Part shown: one piece after another, positions 1 to 9,155 of the stretch
Layout: every line of letters starts with the position of its first letter
Numbering within the stretch: the first letter of the stretch is position 1
DNA from: an uncultured Poribacteria bacterium
GTDB taxonomy: Bacteria; Poribacteria; WGA-4E; WGA-3G
Direction: 5' to 3'
Assembly (NCBI GenBank): GCA_958296135.2
Contig: CATQHZ020000001.1
Coordinates: 2,400,001 to 2,464,000 of the forward strand
DNA length: 64,000 nucleotides
Program-made: the position numbers and the translations under genes
Notes under the pieces: generated by a model
Databases searched by the model: none
Seen by the model: the letters and a program-made list of their open reading frames with translations, nothing else
Told to the model about the DNA's origin: nothing

Positions 1-118
1 CATTAATGACAGCGTCTCCGAGATACATCCCGTTAGCCCGCAGTTCCATCAAAAGGGGTTCAATGACATCAATCAACCCTTTTTGTTCGCCTTCACCAAA
101 ACTCCCATTGTCCCCGTA
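1..118 (-). pseudogene. C-terminal fragment of a DUF3368 (PIN-like) protein with one frameshift; runs off the window start
   Basis: Manual translation gives TGTMGVLVKA, then after a 1-nt shift QKGLIDVIEPLLMELRANGMYLGDAVIN. This resembles the DUF3368 GTLGVLxxAKxxGLI motif. No N-terminal half is present upstream. Confidence 0.55.
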
Positions 119-349
119 TCTGTGATGAGCCGTTGGATGAGCCGTCGGCTGGCGATGACGGGACATTTGCAATTCCGCACGGTGATGCAGGTCCCTTTGC
201 GCGTCTGTTCTCGGGCCAAATTGGTTGGAAGGCGTGTCTGACTTGGATCTTTCTGAAGTGGCGGTCTGACTGGAAAACAGGGAGAACCTATCCGTGCCGC
301 TTTCCATAAAAACTTATTTTGAGGCCATCTGGGACAATGTCCTAGATAA

Positions 350-571
350 CTATTTCCGTTGTCGGTTTAATTTTTGGCTGCAGTCGATGGGTTTGTCGGC
401 TCGGCGAATTGATTCTTCAAGCGAGATGTTTCCGGCATTGTAATCCTCGGAGATCTGGTTCCACGCCGCGGTCATTTTGTTTGGCGGCGGGCATGGTGGT
501 TCGGTTAAGATGGCGAGCGTGATGAGCGCGAGGATTGCGCCGATGAGGCATGCGATGAGGATGCGGTTCAT
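350..571 (-). CDS. Small protein with N-terminal hydrophobic helix (73 aa, MNRILIACL...)
   Basis: Lies within ORF 350..715. The internal ATG at 571 starts a TM/signal segment. Confidence 0.45.
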   Translation of the reverse strand: MNRILIACLIGAILALITLAILTEPPCPPPNKMTAAWNQISEDYNAGNISLEESIRRADKPIDCSQKLNRQRK

Positions 572-657
572 GGTAGGGAAAGTAATGAAAGGGAGACCCT
601 GCTGCGGGCAGAATCTCCGCGGCGGGGTTTGGGTGTTGCGCGTGCGGGACGCGCGGG

Positions 658-1803
658 TTAGCTGTGATAGGTGTAGATTCTGCGGTTGTGGCGACAAGGA
701 CCCCAATTTCCGCATCGGGTATACCGTCTGTTACAGCGCGAGCAGGTTCGCAAGACGTGCTTGGCTCGCTCGCCACTGATGCAGGAATAGAAATAGTGGT
801 TGCATCCTGAGTTGATGCGCGTTCTGTGCGCGTTGGTGGAACTGACGCGGCCGCCTCGTCTACAACTGCTGCCGGCGGGACAGGCGACCGAGGTGTCGGA
901 GCCGCCGCCGCCACCACCACCACCGTTATTGCTGACAGTGTTGCCGCCGCCGCCGCCGCCGTTAGTGGGGGTGCAGGTATGAGGCGATGCATTGCTACAG
1001 GTCCAGACCTCTGCATTACAAGTGGAACACCTGTCACGATGTGTGCCCTGTCCACTTCTCGCGCAGTGCCACTCGTTTTGCCTGCATCGGCTACAATCCA
1101 CTTGCCAGTGTAGCCCGTTGTTATCTTGCCACCCATCTGTTTCTCCGTAGGAGTTGGCGGCTATTAGTTTTCTGGCGGTACAAGTCCAGATGGTGCTGCC
1201 GCAGCCGGAGCAGGTCTTCGAGTGCTGGGTGAAGTAGCTGACCTCTTTTTTGCAGGAGGGACAGAGGGTGACGGTTTTGACCTCCCAGCTCCAAGTTTTC
1301 GGAACTGCGGTGTCAAAGGCACTGCCCGGATTGTGCATGGAGTCAAGACTACCGCTTGGGGAAAGGATTGTTCTTGACCCTATTGCTGTGACCCGACCTG
1401 AGGCATTTGCAGAGTAGTTTCCATCACTCTTATTGAAGAGGACTTCTGCTTCCACTTTAATCCTTCCTATCCAGGTGCCAAACGGAGTTATTCCGAGCCG
1501 AGCCTCTTTTTGTCGGTTGAAGGGTGTGCCGTCAATGGTTGCAGTCAGATGTGCGTAAACCCATCCGTTGCCTCTGGCGGTACCATGGAGTGTCACCTTG
1601 GCTTTATGCGGTGGCGTGCCGGGCAGAAACGTGGAGAGCACTCTCGGATTCTGGTCTCTCGCCTTTTTATAGACGTTCCCATCGTAAATGTTCGGGACAA
1701 GATAGACGTTGGTTACCGACATCGCGCGGCCCCATGCTTGCCCCAGTCCTGTGAGGCAGAAGAGTGCAAGGAGCACGGTGGTGGTTATCGATTTGAAGAA
1801 CAT
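658..1803 (-). CDS. Secreted protein with beta-rich N-domain and Cys/His-rich CxxC-repeat C-terminus (cassette 1 gene B)
   Basis: AAGGAGG SD at ~1811-1819 precedes ATG 1803. Signal peptide MFFKSITTTVLLALFCLTGLGQAWG, many CxxC motifs and poly-Gly linkers. Confidence 0.8.
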   Translation of the reverse strand: MFFKSITTTVLLALFCLTGLGQAWGRAMSVTNVYLVPNIYDGNVYKKARDQNPRVLSTFLPGTPPHKAKVTLHGTARGNGWVYAHLTATIDGTPFNRQKEARLGITPFGTWIGRIKVEAEVLFNKSDGNYSANASGRVTAIGSRTILSPSGSLDSMHNPGSAFDTAVPKTWSWEVKTVTLCPSCKKEVSYFTQHSKTCSGCGSTIWTCTARKLIAANSYGETDGWQDNNGLHWQVDCSRCRQNEWHCARSGQGTHRDRCSTCNAEVWTCSNASPHTCTPTNGGGGGGNTVSNNGGGGGGGGSDTSVACPAGSSCRRGGRVSSTNAHRTRINSGCNHYFYSCISGERAKHVLRTCSRCNRRYTRCGNWGPCRHNRRIYTYHS

Positions 1804-1819
1804 AAGGGTTAACCTCCTT

Positions 1820-2578
1820 TTAGGGTATGTGTGGCAGGAGATGGCCGAGGCCGAGCTCCTGATACGCCTTTTTACGGGCCTCATTAACGTATCTCTGATT
1901 GATGGCCTCGATTTCTGCCTCAGACATCTCCACGGGGTACATTCCCCATGCAGAAATGATAGGGAGTCTGCCTTGTGAGGCGCTTTCGAGTTCGTTGAAT
2001 TCATCTTCAAGCCTTCTTACCAGGCTTGTGTCGCCGTTGGCTCTGGCATCGGCGAGTTGTCCCCAAAGTTGGAGATGTCGTTCCCATTGCTCCAGCGTTG
2101 GGGCGAATCCGGTTTGGTATTCAATCTCTATGAAGGGTTGGCCGATTTCAAAGAGAATGGGGTTACCGGATTCATCGCGCATTAGCTCCTCTTCGTCTTC
2201 AAACCGGTACTCGTATCCGTCGGGTGGAGGTTCGACACCGATGCTTTTATAGAACTCGTTGAGAATTCTCAGCCCTTTCCCTGAATAGGGAGAGAGCACG
2301 TTTTCTGCATTCTTTGCAGAAGGTGTGCCTTGTTCGCGTCTAGCTTCCTTATGTTCTGCTGCGTGTGCGACGACTTGTACCTCATGCGGATCGGCGTGCC
2401 ATTCTCCGTTGTGCCAGTGGCCGGCGGTATCGGTTTCCGCTCGGGTCTGCTGTTGCACGACGGGTGGTTTCGGTAGCGATGCATCGAACTTCTGCTTCTG
2501 CCATTCTCCCCAAAAGTAGAGGCCGGTGCAGAAAGCGACAAGGAGTATCGCGCCGGTGGTGAGTTGTCTCAGAGACAT
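1820..2578 (-). CDS. Membrane-anchored GHWHxxEWH-motif protein, copy 1 (cassette 1 gene A)
   Basis: 252-aa ORF with AGGAG SD, an N-terminal TM helix, and a first ~70 aa shared with the 3267..3926 and 4358..5029 proteins. Confidence 0.85.
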   Translation of the reverse strand: MSLRQLTTGAILLVAFCTGLYFWGEWQKQKFDASLPKPPVVQQQTRAETDTAGHWHNGEWHADPHEVQVVAHAAEHKEARREQGTPSAKNAENVLSPYSGKGLRILNEFYKSIGVEPPPDGYEYRFEDEEELMRDESGNPILFEIGQPFIEIEYQTGFAPTLEQWERHLQLWGQLADARANGDTSLVRRLEDEFNELESASQGRLPIISAWGMYPVEMSEAEIEAINQRYVNEARKKAYQELGLGHLLPHIP

Positions 2579-2878
2579 GAGGGTTCTCCTTTTGCGCGCT
2601 TGTGGCGCGCGGTTGGTAAACGTTATCTAATCTGATTTTATTGGAAGACGCTTTTTTTTGTCAAGTTTTTTTAAGACAGTTTCGTGTGAGTGTCTTAAAA
2701 ACACTTTCGCAACTGCATATCAAACTTTCAGGGTGCATCGAGACCGGGAGGTCTCTCCTACCGACGTTGTTGAGGTAACTGCGTCAAATTGCGCAGTTAA
2801 AAACAGCGAAAGAACATAGCACGCAACAACGGCGCATGCGGGGCTCTGGCGATAAGCGTCCCTGCCCAGACCACGGTT
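2364..2878. repeat. Long direct repeat copy 1 (gene A 5' end, promoter, inverted repeat, REP and upstream DNA)
   Basis: Near-identical to 3712..4113 and ~4913..5325 by direct comparison. Confidence 0.9.
2635..2701 (-). promoter_or_regulatory. Sigma70-type promoter TTGACA-N18-TAAAAT with adjacent inverted repeat TTTTTAAGACA-N12-TGTCTTAAAAA
   Basis: -35 at 2659-2664, -10 at 2635-2640, inverted repeat arms at 2668-2678 and 2691-2701. Also present in copies 2 and 3. Confidence 0.7.
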
Positions 2879-3267
2879 TTCCTGCCGAGGGTCCAGTGAG
2901 GATATAGCCCGACGGTAAGCCAGTTGCCGAGGCGTTCCCCTCTTTTGGACTTCGGGACACTGGTGCCGCCAGATCCGTTAACCAGGCCTACCGTTCCGGA
3001 TACGAGTTTGATAGAGGCTTTCCCCAGTCCTTCGGCGGTGGTGGACGCATGGATGGTAGCGGAACTTGGCTTGTTGGGCGACCAGGTGGTGCTGCCATCT
3101 TGGTGCAGCTCGCGGGTAAAGGTGCCACTGAGGCTGCAACTGATAGAGGTGTTGCTGAATGTCACATCGACTTTTATTCGGCTATATGCGACAAGAGCGA
3201 CGGAAGTAAGGAGGATACAAACGAGGCAGGTAATGAGAATGCCTCGAATGGGTTTGTTTAAAAGCAT
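2797..3267 (-). pseudogene. Secreted protein (cassette 2 gene B), 3'-truncated at ~2879 by repeat copy 1
   Basis: Signal-peptide-like start MLLNKPIRGILITCLVCILLTSVALVAYS and TAATG overlap with gene A. The last ~27 codons are read from the non-coding repeat. Confidence 0.65.
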
Positions 3268-3926
3268 TAGAGTCCTCCTTTACGAGAGCTGCGAGTCCGG
3301 ATGGCGGATTGTGAGACCTTTTTTCCTGTTTTCCTGTCCCGCAATAAGGGTTCGCCGTTTTCGTCCAAGTTCAGGATGCCTTTGCTCGCGTCTTTGAAAC
3401 TGTAGCGGTATCCTTCGGGTGGTAGTTCGAGCCCAAATTGTGCGTAAAACTCTCTATCGAGTTCCTCGATGAATTGCTGTCGCTGTTTGGGCGGCAACAT
3501 ATCCAGGTTAATCCCAACGACGCTTAGATAGTCTAGTTGTCGTTGTGAGAGTTTTTCGGGGTGGAATCCGTCTCTCTTCAGCGTCTGGTTGAGTTCCTCG
3601 ATTTCGCTATCGGTGAGGCGCTCGGAGATATCCACATCGGTGGTTGTGATTCCTGTGGACATATCGCCACTGGTGAGCCATTCGTCACCGTTTGAGGTGT
3701 TGCTTTCGTCTTGTGCGACGACTTGTACCTCATGCGGATCGGCGTGCCATTCTCCGTTGTGCCAGTGGCCGGCGGTATCGGTTTCCGCTCGGGTCTGCTG
3801 TTGCACGGCGGGTGGTTTCGGTAGCGATGCATCGAACTTGCGTTTCTGCCATTCTCCCCAAAAGTAGAGGCCGGTGCAGAAAGCGACAAGGAGTATCGCG
3901 CCGGTGGCCATTTGTCTCAGAGACAT
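3267..3926 (-). CDS. Membrane-anchored GHWHxxEWH-motif protein, copy 2
   Basis: 219 aa. N-terminus nearly identical to copy 1; the C-terminus diverges but keeps a PPxGYxYxF motif. Confidence 0.85.
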   Translation of the reverse strand: MSLRQMATGAILLVAFCTGLYFWGEWQKRKFDASLPKPPAVQQQTRAETDTAGHWHNGEWHADPHEVQVVAQDESNTSNGDEWLTSGDMSTGITTTDVDISERLTDSEIEELNQTLKRDGFHPEKLSQRQLDYLSVVGINLDMLPPKQRQQFIEELDREFYAQFGLELPPEGYRYSFKDASKGILNLDENGEPLLRDRKTGKKVSQSAIRTRSSRKGGL

Positions 3927-4113
3927 GAGTTCTCCTTGTGCGCGCTCGTGGCGCGCGGTTGGTAAACGTTATCTAATCTGATTTTATTAGCACACGCTTT
4001 TTTGTCAAGTTTTTTAAGACAGTTTCGTGTGAGTCTTAAAAACACTTTCGCAACTGCATATCAAACTTTCAGGGTGCATCGAGACGCGGGAGGTCTCTCC
4101 TACCGACGTTGTT
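3712..4113. repeat. Long direct repeat copy 2 (promoter spacer 16 bp)
   Basis: Matches copies 1 and 3 and ends abruptly after CCGACGTTGTT at 4113. Confidence 0.9.
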
Positions 4114-4361
4114 CAGGTAGCGCAGGTAACACTCGTGCTACCGCTTGCTGAGACCAGGAAGTGGTCTAACCAAAAATGAGCACTCTGCGTTTTTTTTGCA
4201 ACATCTAAAGCTGTCTCCGCTCGAGTTAATTGCGGTTCCGTAGTACGGAGCGTAGTCTGGAGCGTAGTGTGTTGCGAATCACAAGGCGCGGTGAATGCGT
4301 CACCGGTTGCAAGCGCGAGGAGCGCGAGAATGAAGATGGGGAGATACAAGGTGTTTTTCAT
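4113..4361 (-). pseudogene. Secreted protein (cassette 3 gene B), probably 3'-truncated by repeat copy 2
   Basis: Signal peptide MKNTLYLPIFILALLALATGDAFT and ATGA overlap with gene A. The stop falls exactly at the repeat junction. Confidence 0.6.
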
Positions 4362-5029
4362 TGTTCCTCCCACCTGACTTCGTCCTGTGGTGGGCCTGGG
4401 TATGCTTTCCAGTGTGCTTTTCTCCTTTCATCCCAATCTTCCCGCTTTTGCATGTGTGCCTTTAGTATTTCAGCGGCGGCTAGCCGTTCTTCGTGCGTCA
4501 TGTTGGCGATGCGTTGGTTCCTCTCTGCGATTTGCTTTTTCATCGCTTCGATACCGTATTCATCGCTTATCAGCGGATATGGATCCTCTTGGTCCATTAA
4601 CTCCTCTTCGGCTTCAAGCCTGCATTTTTTTTCGGCCCATGCGCCGTATTTTGGCGCGTGGCGCGCGATGCTTCGGATGACCCGCAACCGTTCGACGTAT
4701 TCCGGTGTTGCGAGGAGTTCCTCTATGGCTGCATCGGTTATTGGCTCAAAGAGTCTCGGCCCGCGCAGCATGGCGAAGTGAACGCCTTCGTCGAGGCCTG
4801 CATTGGCGGGTTGGTGCGTTTCGGTGTGCCATTCGTCACCGTGCCAGTGGCCGGCGGCGGTATCCTCGGTGACATCGCCGGCGGTATCGGTGTCCTGCTG
4901 TTGTTCAACAGCGGGTGGTTTCGGTAGCGATGCATCGAACTTGCGCTTCTGCCATTCTCCCCAAAAGTAGAGGCCGGTGCAGAAAGCGACAAGGAGTATC
5001 GCGCCGGTGGTGAGTTGTCTCAGAGACAT
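4358..5029 (-). CDS. Membrane-anchored GHWHxxEWH-motif protein, copy 3
   Basis: 223 aa with the same TM N-terminus, GHWHGDEWH, and an unrelated helical C-terminus. Confidence 0.85.
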   Translation of the reverse strand: MSLRQLTTGAILLVAFCTGLYFWGEWQKRKFDASLPKPPAVEQQQDTDTAGDVTEDTAAGHWHGDEWHTETHQPANAGLDEGVHFAMLRGPRLFEPITDAAIEELLATPEYVERLRVIRSIARHAPKYGAWAEKKCRLEAEEELMDQEDPYPLISDEYGIEAMKKQIAERNQRIANMTHEERLAAAEILKAHMQKREDWDERRKAHWKAYPGPPQDEVRWEEQ

Positions 5030-5325
5030 GAGTTCTCCTTGTGCGCGCTTGTGGCGCGCGGTTGGTAAACGTTATCTAATCTGATTTTATTGGAAGACGC
5101 TTTTTTGTCAAGTTTTTTTAAGACAGTTTCGTGTGAGTGTCTTAAAAACACTTTCGCAACTGCATATCAAACTTTCAGGGTGCATCGAGACCGGGAGGTC
5201 TCTCCTACCGACGTTGTTGAGGTAACTGCGTCAAATTGCGCAGTTAAAAACAGCGAAAGAACATAGCACACAACAACGGTGCATGCGGGGTTACGGCGAT
5301 AAGCGTCCCTGCCCAGACCACGGTT
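4913..5325. repeat. Long direct repeat copy 3 (promoter spacer 16 bp)
   Basis: Matches copy 1 through ...GCCCAGACCACGGTT. Confidence 0.9.
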
Positions 5326-6193
5326 AGCGAACGCTTTGCGCCAGGACAAAAAACTTGATGCGAGTGAGTGCCTTAAAAGCAGCGATGGCCCGTTCCGTCT
5401 CGCCGAATTCGCCAGCAATCTGACCAATGTATATAAAATCGGAACTTGACATTCCCGCGAGTCGTGCCGAAAGCCCAGTGCTGAGCTCGCAGGTGTCGTA
5501 GGCTTTCAACGCCAATTTCAGACGGAGCTCCCGCTGCTGTTTCCTAAAAGCGACATTTAACCGGCTATGCTCTGTGCAACATGCGGTGCTTGTCAATTGT
5601 GCATGAAAGAGGCAGTGCAGTTCTTCGCCGGAGATACCATTGCTCCTGATGCCCTCGAGTGCCTTTTCGGGGTCCAACATCGCGACGATGTGTGCCGGCA
5701 TCTGGATTCCCACCATTTGCTCAAAATCGGCGATGCTTTCATATCGGGTATGAAACAACGCACGGATGTCCACTCGCAAGAGTGTCGCAACAGTCCAATC
5801 GGCTTTGACTTTCGTCCAATGTCCGAGCTCACACCACGCAACACCACACTGCCCATACGCCAATCCTGCATCTGCATCCAGTTGAATCGCTGCGTAGAAA
5901 TCTTGGGTAGCCTTGTGAACTTCACCTTGGGCGAGGTAAGTACTGCCCCGCTCGGTGTAAACCTCCGCTAGGGCGGGACTTGAACCTAATGCAGGCTGAT
6001 AGTCTTGGAGAGTGTAAATGTCCTCGCCGCGCTGCCGATAAACGGTGCCACGGCGGTAATGCTCCCCGACATAATTCGGTGCCAACCGGAGCACTCTCTG
6101 AGCGTCTTCAAGTGCCTGCTCGTAGTTATCCTTGACGTAGTAATGGTGACTGCGGTGGTAATATGCATCGGCACCATAGGTAGCGAGGGACAT
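5324..6193 (-). CDS. Degenerate TPR protein with a C-terminal UPF0175-like domain, truncated at ~5430
   Basis: TPR-like motifs (AEVYTERGSTYLAQGEVHKATQDFYAAIQLD). RELRLKLALKAYDTCELSTGLSARLAGMSSSDFI resembles UPF0175. Confidence 0.55.
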   Translation of the reverse strand: MSLATYGADAYYHRSHHYYVKDNYEQALEDAQRVLRLAPNYVGEHYRRGTVYRQRGEDIYTLQDYQPALGSSPALAEVYTERGSTYLAQGEVHKATQDFYAAIQLDADAGLAYGQCGVAWCELGHWTKVKADWTVATLLRVDIRALFHTRYESIADFEQMVGIQMPAHIVAMLDPEKALEGIRSNGISGEELHCLFHAQLTSTACCTEHSRLNVAFRKQQRELRLKLALKAYDTCELSTGLSARLAGMSSSDFIYIGQIAGEFGETERAIAAFKALTRIKFFVLAQSVR

Positions 6194-6224
6194 GTTTCCC
6201 CTCGCCCCACGCGTAGTGCTACGG

Positions 6225-6833
6225 CTAAAGCGGCTTCACCTTAATATGCCGGCACCAAATCTTCCCACCGTGGTCTTGGATACCGATATGTCCACGCCGT
6301 GGGAAATCCTTGAGTGCAATACCGAATTTGTTGCGGCTGCCATCAGGATTCTGGTGCGGCGTGTCCCACAACTCCAAGTCCGCGCGCACAATCTCCTCGC
6401 CGTTTAGCGCCACCGCGACGATGCTGCCATCACATGTGATAGTCATCGCGTTCCACTCGCCTGCCGGTTTGCAGGTATTCCGCGTCGGGCCAAGCGCATC
6501 GTAGAGCGCACCGCAATCGTGGTTACTCGTCGGCGACTTGCCGTGCGTGTCCAAAATCTGGAGTTCAAGCCCTGACTGAACCGCATCCTCCAAATCTGCC
6601 CATCGGACGAAGATGCCGCTATTCACATTCGGCCCGGTCTTGAAATCCAAAGTCAAGACGAAATTATCAAACTGTTCCTCCGTATAGAGGTACTTTCCGC
6701 CTTGGACGGTGCAAAGGATGCAGCCATCCTCAACCACCCAGCCATCGGCATCGCCGGTGGTTCCCCAGCCGGTTAACGTTTCCCCATCAAATAGGGATAT
6801 CCATCCATCAGTCTGTTCTTTTGCTGTAGCCAT
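6225..6833 (-). CDS. DUF1080 / 3-keto-disaccharide hydrolase domain protein
   Basis: Motifs WISLFDGETLTGW, NSGIF, ELQILD, GEWN and GHIGIQDHG. Confidence 0.9.
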   Translation of the reverse strand: MATAKEQTDGWISLFDGETLTGWGTTGDADGWVVEDGCILCTVQGGKYLYTEEQFDNFVLTLDFKTGPNVNSGIFVRWADLEDAVQSGLELQILDTHGKSPTSNHDCGALYDALGPTRNTCKPAGEWNAMTITCDGSIVAVALNGEEIVRADLELWDTPHQNPDGSRNKFGIALKDFPRRGHIGIQDHGGKIWCRHIKVKPL

Positions 6834-6889
6834 CTTTTCTCCTTAAGTTGCCGGTAGGCACGGTTTGAAACCGCGCTGTGCGGGCGCGC

Positions 6890-8020
6890 CTACGGTGCTG
6901 TCAAGGGGAGACTCGCTAAAAAAAGCCGCCCAACATCAACGTTATATTCAAAATCTGCTGCCGCCCAAGGGCTGTTATAGCCGATGACCGGCACGTAACT
7001 TTCGTGGCGTGAGCCGTGTGAGCGCACAGAAACGGACTCCTCCGCCACGTCCAATTCGCCGAAGACGGTATCTCTATCCGCCAACACAAAGATGTCACCG
7101 ATGCGTTCAGGATGAAGCCGGAACTCGCGCGCCGCCTCTTCAACAGGATAGACTTCTTCAACGCCGTTCGCTTGCAGCAGCATCTGCACGGCGCGTTCGG
7201 TATCCGTGCGGTTTTCCAGAAAAACGTAGGCTGCACCTCCCAAATTGCCGTGGTGCGCAACATACCTGTCCTTAATAATCGGAATGGAACTCGCGGGAAT
7301 TCCCTGTTGCGTTAACCAACGGCCCGGGTCTAGCGCAGCGGTTTTCGGCAACATACCGTGGTCTGCCGTGATATAAATCTCGCGTGCCGGGTTATCATCA
7401 ACAATATCACCGATGATGCGGTCCAACCCGGCGAAATGCCGTTGAGATAACTCCGCTTCGGGTGGATAGGTGTGTTGCACCCAATCGGTTGTCGTGCAGT
7501 AGACTAAGTCTGCATCGTGCTGCCGCAGTGTGTGGCGCACGGCACGGAGCAACCACCAATTGATTTCAACCGAGTAGATAGGTTCAACGGGGCCAGCGAC
7601 TTCAATGAACGCAGGCGGCGGTGCCTCAGCGGCAACAGCGATATCTGCCCCAGCACAAAGCATCCGCAACAATTTTCTCTTCGTTACAAAGAGTGCCGTT
7701 TTCTCGGCGAAACCGGCGGCTTTGGCAACCTCAAACAGCGTCGGCGCAAGCAGAAAACGCCCATCTCTGCATAAGTCCTCAATAAACGTCCCGATACCGG
7801 TGTCCCTATCCACGTGGTAATTCGTGGTAATGCCGTGGGTCTCGGGAAACGTCCCCGTCGCAATGCTCACGTTATTGACGTTCGTGACAGACGGGACCAC
7901 GGCAGCAGCGTGCCGATAGAAGCCGGCTGCCCCCAACTTTCGGATATTGGGGATGTCGCTCGCAGCCAAATAGTCATGACTCCCCGCATCAATACAAAGA
8001 ATGAGAATTTTCCGTTTCAT
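6890..8020 (-). CDS. Alkaline phosphatase superfamily protein, phosphonoacetate hydrolase (PhnA)-like
   Basis: Motifs CIDAG, PSVTNVNNVSIATG, YCTTTDWVQH, ITADHGM and RSHGS. Confidence 0.8.
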   Translation of the reverse strand: MKRKILILCIDAGSHDYLAASDIPNIRKLGAAGFYRHAAAVVPSVTNVNNVSIATGTFPETHGITTNYHVDRDTGIGTFIEDLCRDGRFLLAPTLFEVAKAAGFAEKTALFVTKRKLLRMLCAGADIAVAAEAPPPAFIEVAGPVEPIYSVEINWWLLRAVRHTLRQHDADLVYCTTTDWVQHTYPPEAELSQRHFAGLDRIIGDIVDDNPAREIYITADHGMLPKTAALDPGRWLTQQGIPASSIPIIKDRYVAHHGNLGGAAYVFLENRTDTERAVQMLLQANGVEEVYPVEEAAREFRLHPERIGDIFVLADRDTVFGELDVAEESVSVRSHGSRHESYVPVIGYNSPWAAADFEYNVDVGRLFLASLPLTAP

Positions 8021-8119
8021 GTTGTGTGTTCACCTATCGATTCTCTCTGCAAAAATTATAGCATATTTCTATTTCCGTTGCCAGAATATTTTAAGTTGTT
8101 CCCAGTGCAATTCAGTTCG

Positions 8120-9155
8120 CCCCGTAGGGCGCGGGCCTGTGCCGCGCCCTGCCGCGGTGAAAAGGCCCTTAGTCCGTAGGGCGTGGTCCTGTGTCGCGCC
8201 ATGCATCGGTCTATCAAGGGGCTTCGCGAGGGGAACCCTCGGCGATTCGCGATCGCCGGGTTTTCCCTCGCGCTACGGTGAAAAGGGGCCTCTTTCGCGC
8301 TACGGTGAAATGCTCCCTCGTCCGTAGGGCGCGGTCCTGTGCCGCGCCGTGCATCGGTCTGTAGAGAAGAGTGCCGCAGTCCTGGGGTTTCGGGTGTTTT
8401 TGGTTCGGTCGGGAGATCGCGAGGGACAGGCCCTCGCGCTACGGTGAAAGGGGCCTCTTTCGCGCGATAGTGAAAAGGGCCCCTTAGTCCGTAGGGCGCG
8501 GTCCTGTGCCGCGCCATGCTGCGGTCTATCAAGAGGGCTCGCGAGGGACAGGCCCTCGCGCTACGGTAGAAGGGGCCTTTCTTGTCGCGTGAACGATCGC
8601 GAGGCACAAGACCTCGCGCTACGGTAGAAGGGGCCCCTTAGTCCGTAGGGCGCGGTCCTGTGCCGCGCCGTGCATCGGTCTGTAGAGAAGAGTGCCGCAG
8701 TCCTGGGGTTTCGGGTGTTTTTGGTTCGGTCGGGAGATCGCGAGGGACAGGCCCTCGCGCTACGGTGAAAAGGGGCCTCTTTCGCGCTACGGTGAAATGC
8801 TCCCTCGTCCGTAGGGCGAGTCCTGTGCCGCGCCGTACGGCGGTCTGTAGAGAAGTCCCGAACATCGAGACCGGGAGGTCTCTCCTACCGGGGGACAGGT
8901 TTTCGCACGACGGTAGAAGGGGTCCTTCGTCCGTAGGGCGCGGGCCTGTGCCGCGCCGTGCATCGGTCTATCAAGGGGCTTCGCGAGGGACAGGCCCTCG
9001 CGCTACGGTGAAAGGGGCCTTTCTTGTCGCGTGGAAGATCGCGAGGGACAGGCCCTCGCGCTACGGTGAAAGGGGCCGTTTTGAGGGATCGGGGCTTCGC
9101 GAGGGACAGGCCCTCGTGCTACGGTAAAACAAGCAGTATCACCGTAGCGCGGGGG
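8120..9155. repeat. Large REP mosaic (GTAGGGCGCGGTCCTGTGCCGCGCC / GTAGCGCGAGGGCCTGTCCCTCGCGA units) with internal duplications
   Basis: Many alternating palindromic GTAG units. Block 8321-8460 recurs at 8642-8780. Confidence 0.9.

Noticed and set aside
658-1270. Multiheme cytochrome call for the Cys/His-rich protein
   Set aside because: The CxxC motifs are not followed by His (no CxxCH).
2364-5325. Diversity-generating retroelement or integron as the explanation for the triplicated block
   Set aside because: The mismatches I compared between copies are not adenine-specific, no reverse transcriptase or integrase is in the window, no attC-like site was recognised, and each unit has its own promoter.
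8001-9127. ORFs within the REP mosaic (likewise 36548-37442 and 39720-40476)
   Set aside because: They are translations of REP units (VARGPVPR, GRGPVPRR) with no RBS or domain signal.
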